A stretch of DNA of 64,000 nt from Gonapodya sp. JEL0774 (Eukaryota), in the NCBI GenBank assembly GCA_027604505.1, contig JADIIX010000057.1, forward strand, positions 1 to 64,000, written 5' to 3'. A program made the translations under genes and the position numbers. The notes under the pieces are model-generated. The model worked only from the letters and a program-made list of their open reading frames with translations. It was not told the origin of the DNA and did not search any database. This document shows, piece after piece, positions 23,855 through 37,088 of this stretch. Within the stretch, counting starts at the first letter, position 1; the number at the start of each line of letters is the position of its first letter.

Positions 23855-26685
23855 ATGACCCGGGATCATCCCACAGACGAACCCCCCCTCTCCTCCCCCA
23901 ATGCCCCCTCGGACACAACCTCCCACCTCGTCCCCATCACCCAGGACAAACCCCGTTCCAAAGTTTCTTTCCACGGCTCAGTGGTGGTGGTGGCCGAGGA
24001 GCGGCGGAACGACGAGGACGGAGGGCAGCCACAATACGATCCAAACGATGACGACCACGACGACGAGGTGGACCCTGAGAAGGCGGCCAGCGAGCCGGCC
24101 AATAGCGGAAAACAGGGAGTCCCGTATTCAGGGAGGCGAGGAAGCACGCGGCGAGGGTCGCTGAGCGGTGCGTGGCTTACCATTTGCGAGTTTTTAGTGT
24201 GAACCTGACCGGGACCTGATTTGCCTCCGAACACCACCACCATCTTCACCGTGTCTCCCAACCTCGCGGATCCCTCCATCTGCTTGCATCCCCTATTGCA
24301 TCCCCAATCCCACTTCCTTTAGGAATCGGACCCGCCCCAGATGGCGGCTATGGGTGCGTTCCGTGCCCCTGAAGTACACCCCTCCCTGTCCCCCACTTAC
24401 ACTTCCCCCTGCGCTCCCTCCCACACCGTCAGCTGGGTCATGGTCCTCTGCGGCGTCGTCACCATGATCTTCGTTGGCGGCCGTGACTGGTCTTTTGGAG
24501 TGTATCAGGTCGGTGTCCAATTGTCTTCTCTATGTTACTCCTCCCTCCTAATATCCAGTATGGGAGGGTGTGAGCCTGTGAGGCACCGGACTGACACCTC
24601 GCTTCTTCTCCCTCGTGATCCCCTCCCCCAGCGCTACTACACCCAGGAAAAAATCTTCCCCGGTGCGACAAACCAGCAGATAGCGTTCATCGGGAGCGCG
24701 AGTATGGGCGCCTGGGGAATCACGGGTCTGTTTGTCGGGAGGGTGGCGGACAGATGTGCGTATGAGATGGTGGTTTGGCGGGGGAGTTCTTGGATGTGAC
24801 GTGGGAAACGGACAGTGATGGTGCACGCGGGTCCTCCGGCTCTCTCTGGTACCCCCCTCCCGCCTCCTTCCTCTCTTCGCGCACTGCACTGCACGTCTCA
24901 TATCTCTTCCCTCACCCTCCTTCCCTCATCCCTCCTCCCAAACTTCAGACGGGTTCCGCCCCGTCGGCTTCCTTGGCGCCCTCCTGTACGCCCTCACGGG
25001 CATCCTCGCCGCCCAGTCGTCCTCCACATGGCACCTCATCCTCTCCCAGGGACTTCTCGGCGGCGTCGCCACCGGGTGCGCGTTTTACTCCATCATTCCG
25101 GTCCTACCGCAGTATTTCGATAAGAGGAGGGGCATGGCAGTCGGAATGGCCGTGTCGGGTGAGTTGGGGGTTTGGGGAGAGTTTTGGCGCTGGTACAGAA
25201 GGGGGGCACGGGTTGGACGCGGGTTCTTGCGAGTGGATCATAAGAGTGGTGTTTTGGGGTAATGACATGGCGGGGGGCGAACATGAGATTGCATCTTTCA
25301 TTGCGTAGTGATCATTTTGGGTGATGGATGGGCGCCGTTTGGTGTGGCACTTCACGGGATTGTGATCGGCTTGACGGTGCGAATGTCTGGTCTGGTGCAT
25401 CCCAGAACATCTCCACCCGCCCTGGTAACCCCCACCCGCCCTCGCATACCCTGTTTCCCTTCCCGCACACCTCTGATGTCCCACCCCTTTCTGCCCAGGC
25501 GTCGGCCTCGGCGGCTTCATGATGGCCCCCTGGATCCAATCCATGCTGGACTCACTCGGCTGGCGCTGGGCGCTCCGGATCGTCCACCTCACCGGTGGGT
25601 CGTGTCTGTTCGTCACAACGATGCTGAATAGGCCCAGATATCCGAGACTGGTAAGTGGGGTGGCAAGGGGACGGTGACAGAAAGGGTGGGAAACGGGAAA
25701 TGGGGCATTTAGAGCTGGCTCGATGTTCATTCTTCCCCATCCCCACACACACCCTCCCAGAGCGCCTCTTCCAAATTCGATCGAAGCGACCTCGACCTCA
25801 ACTTCTTCCTTCTGGCTACCTGCATGCTCTTCCTCAACTTTGGTTTCTTCGTCCTGCAATACTACGTCCCTTCCTACGCAACAAACTTGGGCTCCACACC
25901 CCAAGAAGCCTCCTTCATCCTCTCCTACATCAACATATCGGCGTTTTTCGGCCGCATCGTCCAGGGCACTGCATCGGACTACATCGGGCCGTCACTCAGT
26001 CTCACATTGTGCTTGGCCGTGTCGGCACTCGTGGACCTCGTGTGGTGGCCTCTGTCGAGGTCGTATGGGTCCCTGGTCGGCGCTGGGGTGATATTTGGAG
26101 CTTTTGGAGGAGGGTACCCCTCCCTCGTGCCCGTGGTCGTGGGGGACATGTGAGTGTTGGGTTGGGGAGAGAGGTGGGGAATGTGTGCACTCTTTGTTGT
26201 ACAAGTGGGCCGTGCTCCTCATCATCCCAACCCCCCACACCAACACACTCGAAACCCCCCCCTCGCCCCCGCCTCGCCAGGTACGGCTCCCGCAAATCCG
26301 CCACCATGCTCGGCCTCGCCTACGGTGGCTTGATCCCCGGGTCGTTCCTGGGAACAGTGCTGGGCGGGGTCCTTATCGACAATGGTGGCGGGAGTGACCT
26401 CGTCGGTGCAGAGCCGGACAAGATCGTGCACACGTACTTGCCTGCTATGGTGAGTTGAGGGTGGTGGCGGGAGGCCGCTTGTTTGTGAGAATTGTTGTAG
26501 ACCGTTTCTCCACATGTTCTTTCCGCGCTACACTCTCACCCCTCCCGCACCCTTCCCCCTTCCGCGCTGAACCTCAGTTGTATGGTGGAGGATGCATGCT
26601 GGTATCCGCATTCATTGCGGGAGTATTGACCATCATGTTACGACGGAAAGCACGGCGAGAGGCCACGTCTATCCCAAAGGAATAA
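23855..26685 (+). CDS. MFS transporter, monocarboxylate (MCT/SLC16, Mch-like) family (multi-exon)
   Basis: PDGGYG..WV, IAFIGS, GRVADR(Y)GFRP, HLILSQGLLGG, PQYFDKRRGMAVGMAVSG, LGWRWALRI, FGRIVQGTASDYIG. Confidence 0.92.
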
Positions 26686-26806
26686 TGAACCAATTGTATA
26701 CTCAAAATATACCTGTCTATAATTATGTCAAAAATACAACAATCTACAACGGCTTTTGGCCAGCAAGAAGCCTGTTAATAGTTTTTCGCCCACACGATTG
26801 ATATTG

Positions 26807-29268
26807 TTACCGTCCTTGTGATTTTGGCAAACTCTGTCGCGTGAAGTCCTCCTGGTACGCATAGGCAGTCTGCAAGGGGTAGTTCGACGCGCCCTAGCAG
26901 TCGGTGGCAGGATGGGGATGGATGGTGGGGATAATCTAAATATCACAGTCACAGCTCCTTTCCCCGTCGCGAAACCCCTCACCGTCGGCGAGCTAATATT
27001 GACGAGCGGCGACTGGATCCGCGCTTCCCCATCATTGCCACTGGTACTGCTCGACGCGAGGGAGCTGTTCGAGAGGTTGCGGCTTGATGATGGTGGGCTT
27101 AGTCGGGTGGATTGGACCATCGCGGCGGTGTCGTGGCTCTTGGACACGACGCGTGACGGAACCGAAGGGATGGAGGAGTTTGAATTAGGATCCATGCCGT
27201 TGAGTGCAAGGCAGTCCAGAGGGAAAACACCAAATGCACCGGTGTCAAGGTCTTTGTGAACGGTGAAAATGAACACGCGGTGAGACGAATTAGCACATTG
27301 GGCTTCAACATGGGGGCACTCACTCCAACCAACTCCCCAACTAGAATTTGAAACAACCACTTAAGAAATTTATGGAATCTTGACTGAGTGAGAATATGAA
27401 CTCACCCATCTGAAAACACATCGCGGAGTTCGATCACCTGGCTTGGCAATACCGCAATCTCATCCTCGGTCGTAGGAGTGAACTACATCACAAATCGATG
27501 AGTAATCAAGAGAAGGGATCGCATATACGACAACTGATCACTTGCCATTCGAACCACTCTCAGAGGAGGACCATGATATCCAGCACTCTTTTTCTGCACG
27601 TTCAGATCGCCAAAAGTGGTAGCAACGCGATCGTAAAACCAATGCGTCTGGAAAGACCGCGAGGTTGAGCATTCCTAGCAGCTATTGTGTCAGAAATCCA
27701 TGCCCGTACCTCCTTGTGCGGGCTTACCGCCAGTTGCTTGCTATGGGAGCTTTTGGAGAAGCGGTTTGCGGGATCCTCGTAACCGACCGCATTTGACATG
27801 GGGTGGACTATTTCTGAGCTTCTAGGTGTCCTTACATCCATTTCCCGGGTACCCCGTATGGTTCCTGGACTGGGATGCATAGTCGGTCCTGCGGAACTAA
27901 TAGCTGCTACATCTCCTGCAGAGTCCGGCAGAGAGCTAAGCGATCGTGACGCAGACATCACTGGTGGCGACGTGTGGAATGGTGAATTGCTGCTCGAGAT
28001 TCCTGTTGGCACCGGGTCTTGAAGTTGAAGATGCTTCTTTGATGCCTGTTTGCGCCGCCGGATGAGCAGCACAACGGTCGTCGCGATGACCGCTGCAACG
28101 ACTGATGCTCCAACAACAGTCAAGATAACACCGTATCGAGGTAAGCTGCTGTCAAAGGGAGCCTTGGATTGTCAGTACCAGCTTTAATAAGCATCTCAGC
28201 GACACACACCCATCCATTATGCTTTGCTGTGTAGCTTGTTGATTCAGTGTCGAGTTGTTAGGAGAGCCAGAACCGGGGGAAGGCGATGGCACCACTTGCG
28301 ATGCTGAAAAGAAACTCCCCGACGAGCTCGCTGGGGCCACGCAAACGCCAGCTGAGCACTGTTCCGTAATTCCACAGCACACCGCATTGCCGCACACAGA
28401 TGTTCCATTACCGCAGGAGCAATTACCTGTTTACAATGATGAGAAACTGTACGACACATAAGGTGTATGTGAGGACTTCCTCACCAGAAGAGCATATCAA
28501 AAAGCTAACACAATCAACTTTGGTGGTGCACGCCGCTCCGAAGAGGCCCGCGGCTAGGGTAGGAGTCATTGACGAAGATGAACTTGCCGTGCTAGATGTT
28601 GCTGAGGAAGGACCTGTGGCACTTTGGAGGTTCTGGGAAACGCACTGCATTTTTGTCGCATTCCACTTTGTTGTGATTGGTTCCTAAACCCGAACATTTG
28701 TTGAGCGCTTGCATGCGCTCACAGGGATTCCCATTGACACCTACATTCCAGCATCCTGAGCAATAAATACCACCTGGAGTGGCGTACAAGGAGTGATTGT
28801 TTCCCAGTTCCTTAACGTAAGTGAGCTGGGTGTCACTAGGGCAAAGAGCATCTATGTAGACAGGAGTGAACGTGTCTTCCTTTGAAACTAATGTCCTGGA
28901 GTGAACACCGTGAGATGCGAGCTTACAGTTAATGGAGCGGCAAATGAGGGCGATGGCATCCCAAGTTGTTGAGATCCCCTCATTCGGGCAACCCGTGCAT
29001 AATGCTCCACTTGGGGTCGAGTAAATGAAAGTCTGCGAGTTGAGAGTTAAGGGCAAATCAGAAGGGCAAAAAGGATCTTCTCAAAAGATGGAAAAGTCAA
29101 AAACTGTGATTTGGAGCAATTCAGAATGTATTTGGAGTGCCGCTCACATGACGATTGTCGTTTTGCGCGCAGACGTTCCCCATGTGTCAACCCCGACAGC
29201 GCGGCTACTAAAAGCAGCGCTATATTTCGCCATCTGGTGTGACTCCTAGAGGCCGTCCATCCCTTCAT
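26807..29268 (-). CDS. Single-pass receptor-like protein: signal peptide, duplicated Cys-rich repeats, Ser-rich stalk, TM, cytoplasmic SH3 domain
   Basis: Signal NIALLLVAALSGLTHG; TM LTVVGASVVAAVIATTVVLLI-RRRK; SH3 assembled over short exons FTPTTEDEIAVLPSQVIELRDVFSDG-WGVGW…DTGAFGVFPLDCL. The 3' end is approximate (26728 if unspliced). Confidence 0.75.
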
Positions 29269-29424
29269 TGATGACTCAAGCCTTCGGCGCAAAGTGGTTT
29301 AGTCCAGTTCGTTCCCCGCCGCCTTGTTGGAGAACCTGATAATTTGTGCGAGCGACGATAACCGATATTGTGAGGGAACCACAATTCAAAACATTGTAAT
29401 TGATACTTTGCAAAATGACAGCAA

Positions 29425-32400
29425 CTACTGTACATAATCCACGAGCCCTTCTTCCACTTCATTTCTGTCAACCCCACCCCACCAAACAACCCCAGATCTT
29501 CTGAAAGTATTCATCCAGACCTTCCACGATCTGTACACCCGCACTATATCAATGAATATTAGATGCATTCCGTAAAGGAGCGTCATGACTCCCACAAGCA
29601 GCACCGGGTACTCAGCCGGGAAATAGGTGCGCGCAGCTAGAAGGATACCGGCAGGAAGAGCCAGCAAGTGCCAAGGAGTGCCTCTCGTCTCATATGCAAT
29701 GGAGAAAGTGACATACGTGGGAAAGGACGTGACACAACCAGCTGCATGCCTGACGAGTCCTGCCACTGCCATGTCCCGTAATACCGAGCTCCAGGTGTCC
29801 CCGGGTCCAACGACATACGACGCCGGGTTAAGGTAACGCGCCACCAGCACCGTAAAACGTGGGACAAGGAAGGCATGTCCGTATGAGAAGAGGTGGTGAC
29901 AAAGAAATGCCCAGATGAGGAGTTGGAAAACGTATCGCAGCCTCGCAACCAAGAATCCTACACAATTGGTGAAATCGGCTGTTAGCAATTTGTTTGTCCA
30001 GCACATCTGTGGCACAGAACAACCAATAAAGGTAACACACCATCCAAATATACCCGTCTTTCTTGCAACCCAATCTGCCGCGCAGTCCTCCGAACCGTGG
30101 CCCACTGCTCAATTTCCCTCCACACCGATTCTCCTGCACCCTCCACCCACACCATGGACATCCATGCGGACTCAATTGACCATTTGACAGCGCCGAGTTG
30201 TCGGGGAATCAAGGGAAGGAGAGGTGCAAGACCGAACACAAACCAGGGCGAGAGCGATGCCGAGTATAGCGGCATGCTTACAAGTCGGTAGATGATAGCA
30301 CGGAAGGGAAGAAGAAACCAGAAGACCCCATCGATTTGTGGAAGCCAGTGGATCGACGAAAATCTGAGGATGTGACTCGAGCTTTGAGGCCGGGCACCAT
30401 TCAATTCCCCTGGGCCAGTCCTATTGCCGTATCCAGCGCTTATTGACTCAGAGTCCAGCATGAAACTGGCTACAATGTCCCATAAAGCGCCAAGTCGGTC
30501 CACCGATTCAGTTCCACTCCGAAGGGATGCGATACTCTTGTCTTTAAGAGTGGGAGAAATACCTTTGGTGAGCATCGCTTCCGAAGGCGTTCCAGGTAGT
30601 GGCACATCACCCAAAAACGCAGAGGGCCAGGCGTTAGATTCATGCTTAACAATTAAGTCCAAAAAGGTTTGGAAAGCAAGCGGGTAACTATATAGCGACG
30701 GTACAAAAGCAAGCACTAAGGAATAGCAAAGATTATATCATAAGCATTTGTGAAGCACCGGTAATTGTCAGTGTCTGTGAGAACGCACCACACGAAGCCA
30801 AACCCATGTTCCTTCCGAGGTCGAAAAACCCTGTTCGAAACGAATACGGCGCTCTGCATGTTGCGCACTTGGTCCTATCAGATCTTAATGTGGCTCGAAC
30901 TCGCTGGCCAGCCCCGTTAACGTGCCCTGGTAGCCACGCTAACCCTCCGGCTGGAGTCGGTCCCGAAGATGGGTCAGGGGCAATCCAACGGGCAAGACAT
31001 GCCCTATGCACAAACTGTGGGGTTACAGTCGAAAGAAAGGATCACGAGAGTGAACTAAACACTCATGAATCCGGTGTATTCGCACCTCACTCCGCCTCAC
31101 CTTTCCACTCCCGGTGCACTTGCAAGGTGCGACAAAACCACCCATGGTGGTAGCACCGTGTCGCAAGCATATACGGCAGCTCGGTAAGGATGGGTCCACG
31201 TCGTCTGGAGTGTCTGGTTCAGAAACGGTAGGACTTGCCCGGGAGGATTGTGTTGAATTGGATACTGGTCGAAGAGTAGGTGGGCGTGGAATAACAGGCT
31301 GAGCAGGTGGAGCAAGGGGTACTGCAAGGAGACGACCTCTGGCAACGGGCATCCTTTCGCGCGAAGTGAGTGGGTCTGCGATTCGGTCTCGAACTTCAGC
31401 TTCGATCTCCGCCTCATGGAGTCGCTGACTGATCAGACGATCCGTAGCAGAAAGTTTAGCCTCAAATCTGTCCGTAGTCGTAAGCCCTTCCGGAGCCGAA
31501 ACCCGAGAGAGTCCTGGCCCAGATGGGCTTTCAAGACTCAGGGGGTTGAGAGCCGACATGGGTGATCCTGAGATGCGAGAAAGCGGTGGACGAAGCTGCG
31601 TATCCGCCAATAGCGCCTGTGCAGGAGGCAGTGCTGTCCGAGGAGAGGAGACGGGTACATTGGGCGATTCGTTTGATTGTTCGATTATCGGTGCATTAGA
31701 GAAGACCGGAGATCGTGAACGGAAGGCGGCTGGTGCAGCACGTGGAGATGACGACGTTCCACTCATGCTTAGAACTGTTGGGGATCCAGAGGTGCGGAAC
31801 ACAGGTGCACCGGGACCCCGCCCAGGCCGGGACATCAGTGCGGAACGAATTGCAATCTCCGTCAAAACATGCGACCCTGCAGGGTGTTGTGGCTCAGGTA
31901 GTATTCTAGATCCAGACTTAAATTCCGGTGAGTGGTGTGGGGACCGAGTATGATGTTGGCCAATGGCATGAGGAAGCGGTGTGGGTTGTGCAGGTGGCAG
32001 TGGCCAGTTTTCCAGACGTTCTGATTCTGGTTCACTCTTCACATAGCCACGTTCAGGCGAGGATTCGATAGTGTAGGCAGATGATGTGGGAGAAGTGCTC
32101 CTCTCTGCCGATTGGTAAAGAGGGGAGCTGTCCCAACGATAGGCTGTTTCGTCCATGTCAATGTCTGAGCCCTCTGACTGAGCTATTGCAGCAGCCCGGA
32201 GTACCTCAACGTCCATATCCTCTTCTTCACCTCCAGCGCTGGTGGCCTTGCCAACCACTTTTAGGTCATCGCATGGGTCCACCGACATCTTCCTTGTGGA
32301 GTCCCTTTTTCTTCGTTTTATTCCCACATCCGAAGCTCCAGCACCCGTCGCAGCACCCGAATGAGTGATTCGAACTTTCTTTCGACGTGAACGGACAGAT

Positions 32401-32561
32401 GTGGCATACCTATTCGCCTCGTTATTCTGTGCCCTCTCTCGATCTACCTTTGTCCGTTTCCTCTTTCGCACAACTGGCGACTCCCTGTCAGATTCCTCCT
32501 TTTCCGCACTTTCCAGTTGAGGCTCTGGTGGTACCAACCCCCCTGCGCTGATATTAGACAT
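29425..32561 (-). CDS. RING-CH (RINGv, MARCH/Doa10-type) multi-pass membrane E3 ubiquitin ligase with a long disordered N-terminus
   Basis: C4HC3 pattern CRICL…APCKCTGS…VHRACLARWI…CATCRAPYSF, followed by several hydrophobic TM-like exons. Confidence 0.85.
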
Positions 32562-32798
32562 TCGGAAGGTATCATATAAACCCGAACATGTGTTATCTCG
32601 CGTGAGGCAATCCAAGCCCACAGAAAGTTGTATTGTGACCTCTCCTATTATTGATCCTTGCTGTAAAACCTCTAGCTGTATGTAGTTTTACGATACATAA
32701 AATAGTTGTACGATAATTGATTGCAAGATGAATAGCTCTCTGATGCTAATGTACTTCCAAGACGCACGCCAAGAATAAGAGCAACACTTTCTCAAGTA

Positions 32799-35544
32799 TC
32801 AACGATAGCACGAACGCTGAAGACAAGTATCCTGGGGTCGAGGGAAAGATCAAGTCAGCTCCCGCTTGATTAATGGGGAACTTGCAGTACACGTGAGGGC
32901 CAAACTCACCATCGTAACAAACCTCCATCCACGACCTGAGTTGCGTATCATATTTATGGCCTGTCTCATGAGATCATTTACGGTGGAAAGAACATCATGG
33001 TCAAGAATCACAATCGAGCCACTGCGCAGGCAGGTGTAAGAGCATCGTGAATTTTGATTTCCGAAGAATATACCAGACAATTCACCGACCTGTAGGGATC
33101 AGCATTGGCAAGTGTTGCCTGATAAACTTGAAGGCTGGCATTGATGTCATTGGGATGAGACCAATCTGTGGAGAGATCCAACATCCAGTCACACGTACGA
33201 AAGGAAAGGAGAATCAAGAACCATTCACCGTCAGTGTCAGTGTTCCAGATTACCATCGCACCAAAGCCGAGGCTCTGGGCCACACTCTGCACAAGCGCGT
33301 TATAGTAGCCCTGATAGTGTAAAACTTAGACTCGCCTACGCCATTGAACGATTCTTTGGACACTCACATATGGTGGTCGCAAGAAGTTGGGCTTTCTACC
33401 GAGAATGGATTGTATTATGTCGTCATTCTGTGTAAGTTCGCTTCGAATTTGGGCTTCATTCAGGGTTGTAAGGTCTTTGTGATCCCAGGTACTATGACGA
33501 TATCACGTTGAGAATTGAATGGGGCCCATGCGTCGTGAATCGAGCACTTACTGTGATCCGATGCAGTGCCCTGAATTTGCAGCTCTTTGAAGGATGCCGG
33601 CGAAGTATGGGTTAGACAGGTCACCCCTGTGTGGATTTGCAGAACAAATTGTAAGGAAGCTCCACATAGTCTGTTCAGATAATTTGCAAAGAGGCTCACT
33701 GGTTCTTGCCGTTCTTTGGTGTTTGACAAAATTGGATGCATTAAAAGAAACGGACTTATTAACGAGCAAAGGGATGCATTGTATGCTCACGACGAAAAAA
33801 GTGGCCTTGACTTGAAGCTCATCAAGTAGATCAAGCAGTGCAGGGGTATATATGTAGGGTCCGTCTGATGTTGCAAGTGGTTAAGAAACTTGCAAGGTCG
33901 AGAAAACGAATTCTTCCCCACCGTCAAAAGTCAACGCAAATTGACCAGGCTCAACGCAGGTCCGCATAACAGCTGAGCAACATGATTGATTCATCAATGC
34001 GGAGTAGATTGCGGCATGGCACGACAGCTTTACGTTCACTCACCGAAAGGCATATTGGGGCCATTGTAACCGACTCCAGAACCAGGAACAACCGTAGTAG
34101 TGGTTTGATAGACCGTGGTAGTGGTAGTTCTTTCAAGCATATGAGTCGAAGATACTTTAAGCTGCTCGGTTGTCTCGGTCGTCACTCACCGGGTGCGAGT
34201 CGTTGTGGTCTGGGTGGTGGTCTGAGTTGTGGTCGTCGTCCGCGTTGTGGTCGTTGTGAGTCCGGCTGTGGTTGTTATAGGAACTTTCGTAGTCGTACTC
34301 GAATTGGCCGGTTTCTCCGGCACTGTTTCGTTGAAAATGCCCTGACCGGCTGGTGGCCCACTAGATGCAATAGACTGGGTTTCCCCTTTGGTGCCTGAAT
34401 TAGAAGAAGATCCCTTCGTTCCAAGCACCACGCCAACAGCGATTCCGACAACGCAGAGAACTGCCACAGCCATGATGCCTATCCACATCCGCCTCCTGGA
34501 CGTCCCAGTCGATTTAAGGAAACCGAAGGGCATTGCTCGTCGAGCGTTTCCTCCAGATTCAACGTCGTCGTGGGCCTCCAAAAGAGGCTCAATAGCAGCT
34601 ATCTGCGGCCCTGATATATCTGCCATGCCCTTCAAAGGAGAAGAAATGGTGGGCTTTGGCGACTTCGTAGGTGTGAACCCTTTGACAAAATCGGTATCTT
34701 CGTCATTATCGCTCTGCACATCCGAATGGTATCCTGCGTTGTAGCGGCTGAGGGTAGTATCGGATTCGTAACCATTGTTGAGGGGAATAGTTTGAAGAGC
34801 ATTGTCGGCGCTATGCGAGACTATCGGTGACGTTGGCACCACGCTTTTCGGTCGCTCTTCAGGGCCATCGACATTGGAGATATCATTGCTACTCAGTAGC
34901 GGTGCAGTTGCACCCTGCTTGATTAAGGACAGTGGTGTTAGCAGCTCTCCGAACAACGGACATGGGGCGGGCGCTACCCACCTCAGTTGCACCGTGCGCG
35001 TCCGGTGTTCTACTATTTGAAACATCCAGCTTTTCCACGCCTGACCACATATCACTTTGTGGTGACGGGGAGACAGGAGTTTGGAATGGGTCATCATCGT
35101 GCAGTCCACGATGCCTTTCGACGTCCGAGGTTGCTGCTGGGGACACTGCGTGTGCTGGAGCAGACGATGGAATGGTGGTGACAAAATGCTCGGGTGGTCC
35201 GTTGGGGCTTGTGATATCTGTGGCATCGTTGCTTGGCGGGGTGTCCTATTGCAATAATACCATCCAAATGTGGAAAGGGCGAACTCAAAATGGGATTGGT
35301 GCAAAAGTTCAAAGATCGACATGCTTTAACATACCTCAAATTCTATTAATACCGCTGAGACTGATGCATCACCAGTGTCACTTTGAACAGTTGCCAAAGG
35401 ACTCAGTGCGTCTTCCGGTGGACTCGGTGATATTACAATCTGTGGGGGCATCAGTATGGGGGGCTCCAATGGGTTGAAGGTGCTCGTATCTTTGGTGTCT
35501 CTCTCGCTTGCTGCTGAAGGTGTAGAGTCGGTGTTCTCCTCCAT
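32799..35544 (-). CDS. Polysaccharide (chitin) deacetylase, CE4/NodB, with an N-proximal membrane anchor
   Basis: All five CE4 motifs occur across exons: ALTFDDGP, GSHTWDH, LRPPY, DTDDW, VILDHD, plus KATFFV and RFVTM. Upstream are a TM (RRRMWIGIMAVAVLCVVGIAVGVVLG) and a Thr-rich stalk. The start is approximate. Confidence 0.88.
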
Positions 35545-37088
35545 GCCCTTTGTTGCGGTCGCGGCTGTGCAATCACACATGTACCATATACCAGTGTGAA
35601 GGAGGATGGCCATTAAAACCATCAGCGATACAGCAGGAGCCCTTCGTCCACGCCATCCTTTGAAGATAAACAACGCACCTTGGTCGGTGTTGCCCACCAC
35701 AGAAGCAACCGGCGCACTCTCCGTTCCCTCCAGCTTCTCATCAGAGCCGTCCCACGGCAACAACAATCGCACATCTTCATTGGAATGAGATTCGGACATC
35801 CTGGTCGATGTCGATCACAGCGGCAATGCGAAAAAAGACGGCCCCACAAGAATTTGGTTTGGTTTGATCAGGAGGCACTCACCCATTTTTGTCTCCGAGC
35901 ACGAAAAGACCACAGGTCCCTCCCGACCTGAGACAAGGGGTCACGGACACAATTTTCCTCCTTTTCTTATGTGCATAGCTTTCCTTGACACCGACACAAA
36001 GAGATAACTCGCATAAGAAGATGAGCTATTCCTTCCATCACTGTTCTTGTACCCATTATTATACTGCGGTGGCGGGGTCTTTTACTCGCAGGAGAGACTT
36101 CGCACTTCAAAGATATGGAAGGTACGCGAACACCGAATAGGCAAATACACATATTTCTATTGTGGCTTCGCGCATGGTAAGGAGATCATCTGATACAATT
36201 AATTGATTATGTCAAGATTGAGCAAACATGTTTGGTGATCTTGTTGGTAACGGAGCATACTGAGCAGCTGAATGTTATAGGAGCACAAGACAAACAACGT
36301 GTAATATATATACATATCGTGAATTGAGGTCGTTCAAGGCTGTGCACCCACCCCAGTGACAAGCACAGCCCCCGGCGCGATCATGACCATGCTGCTGTTA
36401 TGCCCTCCGACGGAGTCCGCCAACCCAAATATTTATATGTCAAACGAGACTTGATGAATCCCGCATTCCTGTCCCCATCAAGCCCGGCCGCACCTACTTC
36501 CCCTCGCCCCCCACCCCCCACCCCCTCCCCCCCCCCCTCGCCAACCCCTCGCACACCCCTCACGCACCCCGCTCCGCGCCCTCTCTTTCGCCTGTCGCCA
36601 GCCTGATTTCTTCGTCTGTAAATGGCAACCAAACCTGCCTTCCATTTCAAGAGATTCCGTGCAGTGGCCTCAGTGATCAGGCAATCAGTTGTTGGGGGAG
36701 TAGGGGGGACATAGTCCGAACAAGACTTTAAACTTTTATTGAAATCAACGGGATTGAGAAGTTAGTATGTACGCACTGGGAGTCGGATAAATTTGCAATT
36801 GTATCACCGAGTAATAAGTTCGACCATAGAGGGAAGTCCTGCATCATAAGCACACTCAACTGAGATCAGTGCATGCCGAGTTAGTTTTTGGAGCAGAATT
36901 GAAATGGGAGCTCGTTGGCTTTGTTGTGTGGTGCATACATAACATGTCCACACCCGCTGACAACACCCCACACTTGATATCTTCTGCAAGCAAGGAGCTG
37001 CCAGGATCCGGACCCGCCGATTGAGTATCGTTCAGAAAGGACAACGGCTCGACCGAATCGCAAGTCGAAACTGAGCGAAAACAAGGGG

